In this document: positions 1 through 3,406 of the stretch, piece by piece
How positions within the stretch are numbered: the stretch's first letter is position 1
How the letters are laid out: the number at the start of each line of letters is the position of its first letter
IMG/VR virus record: IMGVR_UViG_3300045988_000105
Location: 1 to 5,930 of that record
Strand: one strand, 5' to 3'
DNA: 5,930 nt
Origin: a virus
Position numbers and translations under genes: made by a program
Notes under the pieces: generated by a model
Told to the model about the DNA's origin: nothing
What the model saw: only the letters and a program-made list of their open reading frames with translations
Databases searched by the model: none

Positions 1-1047
1 ACTAGTTTTGTTACGTTATATGCTGATATGCTTAAGATGCGCTATGCTAATTACCCGAAGGACTATTTTATGGGTATGTTGCCTTCTTCTCAATATGGCT
101 CGGTAGCTGTTTTACCTGCTCTTAATTCTTCTCATGAATCCACTTCTGTTGCTCTTGGTACTGATTTTCGTTTAGGCTCGTATGCTATGATTACGAATCC
201 TAATGGTGGCACTTCTGTGGTTGCTTCTCCCTCTAATTCTGTCGGTTCTGCTAAATATGCGTATTTAAATTCCGATCTCTCCGCCCTATCGCTTCGTGCT
301 ACAGAGTATCTCCAGCGCTGGAAAGAAGTAGTGCAATTCTCCAGCAAGGATTATTCAGATCAGATGGCTGCCCAATTCGGTATTAAGGCCCCCGAATATA
401 TGGGTAATCATGCTCATTATATTGGAGGTTGGTCTAATGTAATCAATATCAATGAGGTAGTTAATACTAATCTCGATACTGATACTTCTCAGGCTTCTAT
501 TGCTGGTAAGGGTGTCTCTAGTCAGTCAGGACATGATATTACTTTTGATTGTGGTGCGGAGCATCAGGTTATTATGTGTGTTTATCATGCTGTTCCTCTA
601 TTGGATTGGAACCTTACAGGCCAGAACCCTCAGTTAACTACGACTGCTGTTTCCGACTTTCCTCAGCCTGCGTTCGATCAGCTTGGTATGCAGGCTGTTC
701 CTGCCCTTAATCTTCAGAATAACCCCGGACGTAAAGTTTCCGGTTCTCTTGGTTATAACCTTCGCTATTGGCAATGGAAATCTAACATTGATACCGTCCA
801 TGCCGGATTCCGTGCTGGTGCTGCTTATCAGTCTTGGGCTGCTCCTCTTGATGGTTGGCAGGTTCTTACTTCTGCTGGTGCTTGGTCTTATCAGTCTATG
901 AAGGTTCGTCCTCAGCAATTGAACCCTATTTTTGTTCCCCAGGTTGATGTTGCGAATTGTTCTGTTGCGTTTGATCAGTTATTGTGTAATGTTAATTTCC
1001 AAGTATATGCCGTTCAAAACTTGGACCGTAATGGTTTACCTTATTAA
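1..1047 (+). CDS. VP1: Major capsid protein (Microviridae F/VP1), C-terminal 348 codons. The 5' part of the same gene is at 5133-5930 because the circle was opened inside it.
   Basis: Frame 1 is open from base 1 (ACT AGT TTT ...) to TAA at 1045-1047; the ORF track only starts at an internal Met at 28. Bases 1-99 equal 5832-5930 and are in frame with the ATG at 5133, giving 699 + 1047 nt = 581 codons plus stop, a typical size for a microvirus capsid protein. Third-codon-position T bias is strong (GCT, TCT, GGT, GTT). The identification rests mainly on the N-terminal part. Confidence 0.92.
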   Translation, partial: TSFVTLYADMLKMRYANYPKDYFMGMLPSSQYGSVAVLPALNSSHESTSVALGTDFRLGSYAMITNPNGGTSVVASPSNSVGSAKYAYLNSDLSALSLRATEYLQRWKEVVQFSSKDYSDQMAAQFGIKAPEYMGNHAHYIGGWSNVININEVVNTNLDTDTSQASIAGKGVSSQSGHDITFDCGAEHQVIMCVYHAVPLLDWNLTGQNPQLTTTAVSDFPQPAFDQLGMQAVPALNLQNNPGRKVSGSLGYNLRYWQWKSNIDTVHAGFRAGAAYQSWAAPLDGWQVLTSAGAWSYQSMKVRPQQLNPIFVPQVDVANCSVAFDQLLCNVNFQVYAVQNLDRNGLPY

Positions 1048-1057
1048 TTTGTTTGAT

Positions 1058-1501
1058 ATGAGAAAATTTGCTTATAAAAATCCCGATTTTATTAAAGATG
1101 ATTATGTTCCTGAATTAGTTGAAGATCATCCGTGTTATCAGGCGTCTGTATATGATCAGGTGATGTATGATGAAACTCCTGATGGTGATTTGATTCAGTG
1201 CGATATGACCCAAATCCTGTTGAATCAGGAAAAATATCGTCGTCTGCTTGGTGATATGAATGTTCAGGATATCCTATCTCAGATGCATCCTACTCAATCT
1301 ACTATTATGGATAGTATGACCGATGAAGAGCGATTCGCTTGCGTAATTTCTCGTCATTGTCAGACAATGTCTGAGAGACAGGCTGTACTTCAACAGCTGG
1401 CTAGTGAGAAGTCTGAGCTAACGGCTTATGCCGAAGCGATGTTGGCAGAGCAACAGTCAGCGCCCGATCCGTCGTCCGCCCCTGACGCTCCCGCTCAATG
1501 A
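1058..1501 (+). CDS. Hypothetical acidic 147-aa protein with a Pro/Ala/Ser-rich C-terminal tail; possible internal scaffolding (VP3-like) protein.
   Basis: ATG at 1058 lies 10 nt after the capsid stop. The longer tracked ORF (932-1501) begins at a TTG, and its first 42 codons are Leu/Ile-rich off-frame translation of the capsid 3' end. The product (MRKFAYKNPDFIKDDYVPELVEDH...) is rich in D/E/Q and ends SAPDPSSAPDAPAQ. Its TGA overlaps the next ATG (ATGA at 1498-1501). Function is guessed from size and position in the structural module only. Confidence 0.72.
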   Translation: MRKFAYKNPDFIKDDYVPELVEDHPCYQASVYDQVMYDETPDGDLIQCDMTQILLNQEKYRRLLGDMNVQDILSQMHPTQSTIMDSMTDEERFACVISRHCQTMSERQAVLQQLASEKSELTAYAEAMLAEQQSAPDPSSAPDAPAQ

Positions 1502-2661
1502 GGTTCTATGATATTGGAGAAAGTCCCTTAATGGGACTCTCTGAAAAGTGTATTGCTCCGCTTGTTCTTGGTGGTATTATTGCTGCTGGCGCTTCTCTTG
1601 CTGGTAATGTGATCGGATCTGCTTCTCAGAACAAGACTAATCAGACTAGTATTGATATTAATCGTGAGAATAATGCGTTTAACGCCGAGCAGGCTCAGAT
1701 CCAGCGTAATTGGCAAGAAAAAATGTGGGGAATGAATAATGCCTATAATTCCCCCAATGCTATGATTTCTCGTGGTTTAAATCCGTTTGTCCAAGGCTCT
1801 GCCGCATTGGCTGGCTCTAAGTCTCCCGCTTCAGGAGGCGCTGTCGCTTCTGCTGCTGGTATGCCTAGTTTACAGGCGTTTCGCCCTGATTTTTCCGATG
1901 TCGGCTCTGCTCTTGCTTCTATGGCTCAGGCTCGTGCTGCTATGATTAATGCTGAGAGTAATGCTGCTCTTACTCCGTATAAGATGCAACAGATTCTTGG
2001 TGCTACTGATTATCGTAATATTGGTGTTGGTCAGTCAGGTTATTGGAATGCGTCTACTGGCCGCCGATCTGCTCTATTGGATCAGTCCAAGGAATATCAG
2101 GAGCTTAAGAATATGGAGTTTGCCGGCCGTCTTACTTCTGCTCAGGAAGCGCAGATTCTTCTTGATTCTGAAGCTCAACAGGTGCTTAATAAGTATCTTG
2201 ATGAGCAGCAGCAGGCTGATCTGTTTATTAAAGGCCAGACCCTTGCTAATTTGTATGCTCAAGGTGCTTTATCTGAAGCCCAATATAAAAACCAGATGGC
2301 TCAAGCTGTTAAGGCTGCTGCTGAAACCAATGGCATTCGTATTAATAATAAGATTGCCTCCCAAACTGCTGATTCTCTGATTTATGCCAATATTCAATCT
2401 AATCGTTCTCGTGGTTTATCTTCATTATGGGATTCTAAGAATGTAAATGTTCTCAAGAATATTGAATATTCTAAGGACAAGGCTCTACGAGACTATTATA
2501 AATGGTCCGCTAAGGAAAAACAGAAAGATGTTAAATCTTATGAGTTACGTAATACTCTTGATTATGGCACGCGTATGTTTACCGGTACAGGTAATACTGT
2601 TGGCACTCTGAAACGGTCCTTTCCTGATAAGCCATCGCCCGTAAAAGGTTTTGGTAGGTAA
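1498..2661 (+). CDS. VP2: Minor capsid / DNA pilot protein (Microviridae VP2, phiX174 H analogue), 387 aa.
   Basis: N-terminal hydrophobic Gly/Ala segment (IAPLVLGGIIAAGASLAGNVIGSA), then NAFNAEQAQIQRNWQEKMWGMNNAYNSPNAMISRGLNPF. This resembles the conserved ...W/F-Q-E-(K/R)-M-(S)-N-T-A-(Y/H)-Q-R...AGLNP block of microvirus pilot proteins. A long Gln/Ala-rich predicted coiled-coil follows. An alternative start is ATG 1531 (MGLSEK...), preceded by GGAGA at 1516-1520. Confidence 0.87.
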   Translation: MRFYDIGESPLMGLSEKCIAPLVLGGIIAAGASLAGNVIGSASQNKTNQTSIDINRENNAFNAEQAQIQRNWQEKMWGMNNAYNSPNAMISRGLNPFVQGSAALAGSKSPASGGAVASAAGMPSLQAFRPDFSDVGSALASMAQARAAMINAESNAALTPYKMQQILGATDYRNIGVGQSGYWNASTGRRSALLDQSKEYQELKNMEFAGRLTSAQEAQILLDSEAQQVLNKYLDEQQQADLFIKGQTLANLYAQGALSEAQYKNQMAQAVKAAAETNGIRINNKIASQTADSLIYANIQSNRSRGLSSLWDSKNVNVLKNIEYSKDKALRDYYKWSAKEKQKDVKSYELRNTLDYGTRMFTGTGNTVGTLKRSFPDKPSPVKGFGR

Positions 2662-2708
2662 ATTTATACATTCTTCAGGACTAGAAGCCCATCACGGCGC
2701 TTGAGTGA

Positions 2709-2716
2709 TATACACC
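2709..2716 (+). repeat. Distal copy of the 8-mer TATACACC (TATACACCT).
   Basis: Exact match to the two copies at 2837-2844 and 2848-2855. The 9-mer TATACACCT is shared with the 2837 copy. Confidence 0.7.
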
Positions 2717-2746
2717 TGCTGCCCGCATAGGGCCTGATCGAAATAT

Positions 2747-2790
2747 GGAGCGGAGCGACTTCCTTATAGGAGCGTTCCGCTCCGGTATTT
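2747..2790 (+). terminator. Strongest hairpin in the window, followed by a T-run. Candidate intrinsic terminator of the structural transcript and/or an ssDNA structural signal.
   Basis: GGAGCGGAGCG (2747-2757) pairs with CGTTCCGCTCC (2773-2783): 11 bp including one G-T/G-U wobble. An inner TCCT/AGGA stem (2761-2764 / 2768-2771) sits in the loop. GGTATTTTA follows. It lies 86 nt downstream of the VP2 stop. The T-run is short and offset by 4 nt, so the terminator role is uncertain. Confidence 0.4.
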
Positions 2791-2792
2791 TA

Positions 2793-2804
2793 GCACGAAG
2801 GTGC
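2793..2804 (+). repeat. Mini-hairpin GCAC-GAAG-GTGC containing the CGAAG core.
   Basis: A 4-bp stem, GCAC/GTGC, around GAAG. It shares the CGAAG core with the two GCGAAGC elements downstream. Confidence 0.6.
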
Positions 2805-2809
2805 GCAAA

Positions 2810-2831
2810 GGCAGATTCTATCTGATCTGCC
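2810..2831 (+). repeat. Perfect 7-bp inverted repeat (hairpin) GGCAGAT-N8-ATCTGCC.
   Basis: GGCAGAT (2810-2816) and ATCTGCC (2825-2831) are exact reverse complements. The loop is TCTATCTG. Confidence 0.8.
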
Positions 2832-2836
2832 GTGTC

Positions 2837-2855
2837 TATACACCTTGTATACACC
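2837..2855 (+). repeat. Two TATACACC copies in direct orientation, start-to-start spacing 11 nt (iteron-like).
   Basis: gtcTATACACCttgTATACACCc: copies at 2837-2844 and 2848-2855. The second overlaps the palindrome GTATAC (2847-2852). A third copy is at 2709-2716. Confidence 0.75.
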
Positions 2856-2876
2856 CACTTTGTTATTGTTATTTAA

Positions 2877-2902
2877 GCGAAGCCCCTAGTTGTGTGCGAA
2901 GC
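2877..2902 (+). repeat. Two exact copies of GCGAAGC (a DNA mini-hairpin motif) separated by 12 nt.
   Basis: GCGAAGC occurs at 2877-2883 and 2896-2902. I did not spot further copies elsewhere by eye. Confidence 0.8.
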
Positions 2903-2903
2903 A

Positions 2904-2927
2904 AAACCCGAGTTATCATCTCGGTTT
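2904..2927 (+). terminator. Hairpin followed by a U/C-rich tract. Second terminator-like or ssDNA structural element.
   Basis: AAA-c-CCGAG (2904-2912) pairs with CTCGG-TTT (2920-2927): 8 bp with one bulged C, loop TTATCAT. It runs straight into TTTCTCCTTCCTCTT. Confidence 0.35.
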
Positions 2928-3004
2928 CTCCTTCCTCTTGTCTATAAACGCACAACTCACACTCCATCATAAATGTCCCTTCCCCCACAATATTTAAAAA
3001 AATA

Positions 3005-3036
3005 TTTGGTAATTTCAAAAAAAGATCATACTTTTG
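3005..3036 (+). promoter_or_regulatory. Bacteroidota (sigma-AB type) promoter: -33 TTTG and -7 TAnnTTTG.
   Basis: TTTG at 3005-3008, a 20-nt spacer, then TAcTTTTG at 3029-3036, which is an exact match to TAnnTTTG. The site sits in an A-tract-rich zone about 50 nt upstream of the ATG at 3087. I found no comparable match upstream of rep or the capsid gene. Confidence 0.55.
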
Positions 3037-3086
3037 TCCGCTGTAGAAGTTACAATTATTATTAACATTTTAAACATTTTACAATT

Positions 3087-3284
3087 ATGCAAAAATTTAT
3101 TATTTCAGTTAAGGAAAAAACTACCGGTCGTGATGTTATTCCGCCTTATGTTGTTAATTCTCTCGAAGGTCTTGGACATTATTCTGAGCGAGTTTCTCGA
3201 TTGGGTCTTATCGTTATTGTGGATTCGATTAGAGAGGAAGATAATTTTGTTGAACTTAAAACTCGGGAAGATGAAGAGCAGTAA
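3087..3284 (+). CDS. Hypothetical 65-aa protein with an acidic C-terminus; first ORF after the promoter.
   Basis: ATG start, ordinary amino-acid composition, and the same strong T3 codon bias as the structural genes (GTT, GGT, CGT, GAT, ATT, CCT, TAT). I recognise no motif. Confidence 0.5.
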   Translation: MQKFIISVKEKTTGRDVIPPYVVNSLEGLGHYSERVSRLGLIVIVDSIREEDNFVELKTREDEEQ

Positions 3285-3354
3285 TATTTGGAAGATTGTT
3301 ATTGGCGCTATTTCTGCTGCTTTAGGCTATATTCTTAGCGCTATCGGTGTTTGA
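3271..3354 (+). CDS. Hypothetical 27-aa single-pass membrane peptide (MKSSNIWKIVIGAISAALGYILSAIGV).
   Basis: ATG at 3271 overlaps the last 14 nt of the 65-aa ORF in another frame. Lys residues at positions 2 and 8 flank the N-terminal segment, followed by a 19-residue hydrophobic stretch. About 17 of 27 codons end in T, matching this genome's coding signature in this frame. The very short length keeps confidence modest. Confidence 0.4.
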   Translation: MKSSNIWKIVIGAISAALGYILSAIGV

Positions 3355-3365
3355 TTGATTTTATT

Positions 3366-3383
3366 ATTTATATTTATATTTAT
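3366..3383 (+). repeat. Tandem (ATTTAT)x3 in the AT-rich spacer upstream of rep.
   Basis: ATTTAT occurs at 3366-3371, 3372-3377 and 3378-3383. Confidence 0.7.
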
Positions 3384-3406
3384 TGCCGTTTCAGGCTCTT
3401 GGTTAT

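Larger units (their letters stand above)
2662..3086. other. Large noncoding region: GC/CpG-enriched structured island (about 2680-2960), a G-poor pyrimidine tract (2925-2990), and an A/T-rich promoter zone (2990-3086).
   Basis: No ORF of 60 aa or more in any frame. The VP2 frame hits TAG at 2728 and 2767 after its TAA. The NNT codon periodicity seen elsewhere is lost. Many stem-loops can be folded by eye (see separate features). Confidence 0.85.

Noticed and set aside
1-99. The 99-nt terminal direct repeat as a biological DTR/LTR or mobile-element end.
   Set aside because: It lies in frame inside the capsid ORF and reconstitutes one gene when joined. Microvirus genomes are circular ssDNA, so this is an assembly overlap.
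683-901. + strand off-frame ORF (72 aa) inside the capsid gene. Similar Leu/Ile-rich off-frame ORFs occur at 1949-2380 (143 aa, inside VP2), 3696-3956, 4578-4835 and 4839-5033 (inside rep).
   Set aside because: Their products are dominated by L/I/V/F runs (for example MLRVMLLLLRIRCNRFLVLLIIVILVL). This is the signature of shifting the frame of GCT/TCT/CTT-rich codons, not of real proteins. Open alternative frames are a by-product of the codon bias.
132-918. Minus-strand ORFs 132-347 (71 aa) and 634-918 (94 aa), antisense to the capsid gene.
   Set aside because: They are fully embedded antisense to a confidently identified gene. Their Arg/Ser/Lys-rich, low-complexity products are what you expect from reading T3-biased codons backwards. 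Microviruses transcribe one strand only.
932-1057. N-terminal extension of the 147-aa ORF back to the tracked start at 932.
   Set aside because: Position 932 is a TTG. The 42 extra codons overlap the capsid 3' end and give a hydrophobic off-frame peptide (MFPRLMLRIVLLRLISYCVML...). ATG 1058, just after the capsid stop, is the natural start.
1528-2262. Minus-strand ORFs 1528-1716 and 2074-2262, antisense to VP2.
   Set aside because: Same reasoning: short, antisense to a strong + strand gene, skewed composition, and no start context.
2696-2717. Possible phiX174-like origin core (CTTGA...GATAT compared with CAACTTGATATTAATAAC).
   Set aside because: Similarity is limited to a few bases and needs a gap. 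Comparable partial matches (AACTTG at 1017-1022, CAACTTC at 4387-4393 and 4982-4988) occur elsewhere. The Rep nick site cannot be assigned from sequence alone.
2734-2743. Hammerhead-like string CTGATCGAAA, and a GCCC/GGGC stem suggestive of small self-cleaving ribozymes.
   Set aside because: The CUGAnGA and GAAA boxes are contiguous with no stem II between them, and I could not build the three-helix junction. This is a chance resemblance.
2745-2825. 26-codon ORF (MERSDFLIGAFRSGILARRCAKADSI) within the noncoding island.
   Set aside because: It shows no T3 codon bias, it spans the strongest hairpins, and it has no plausible initiation context. The sequence is better explained as structured DNA/RNA.
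2800-2827. dif-like / XerCD site: GGTGCGCAaAg resembles the XerC arm of E. coli dif (GGTGCGCATAA).
   Set aside because: Only the left arm matches (9 of 11). The following 6-nt spacer and the would-be XerD arm (TCTATCTGATC versus TTATGTTAAAT) do not match, and the XerD arm is usually the better conserved half. The sequence also overlaps two hairpins, which explain it at least as well. It would be worth a formal search with Bacteroidales dif models, but it is not supportable by eye.
3034-3270. Tracked 106-aa ORF 3034-3354 as a single gene.
   Set aside because: Its TTG start lies inside the -7 promoter box (3029-3036), and its first 79 codons are Leu/Ile-rich off-frame translation of the 65-aa ORF. 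I consider only the last 27 codons, from ATG 3271, plausible.
3383-3406. TTG at 3383 as the rep start (tracked 567-aa ORF).
   Set aside because: An in-frame ATG follows eight codons later at 3407. The TTG sits inside the (ATTTAT)x3 repeat. I cannot exclude it, but ATG 3407 is more parsimonious.
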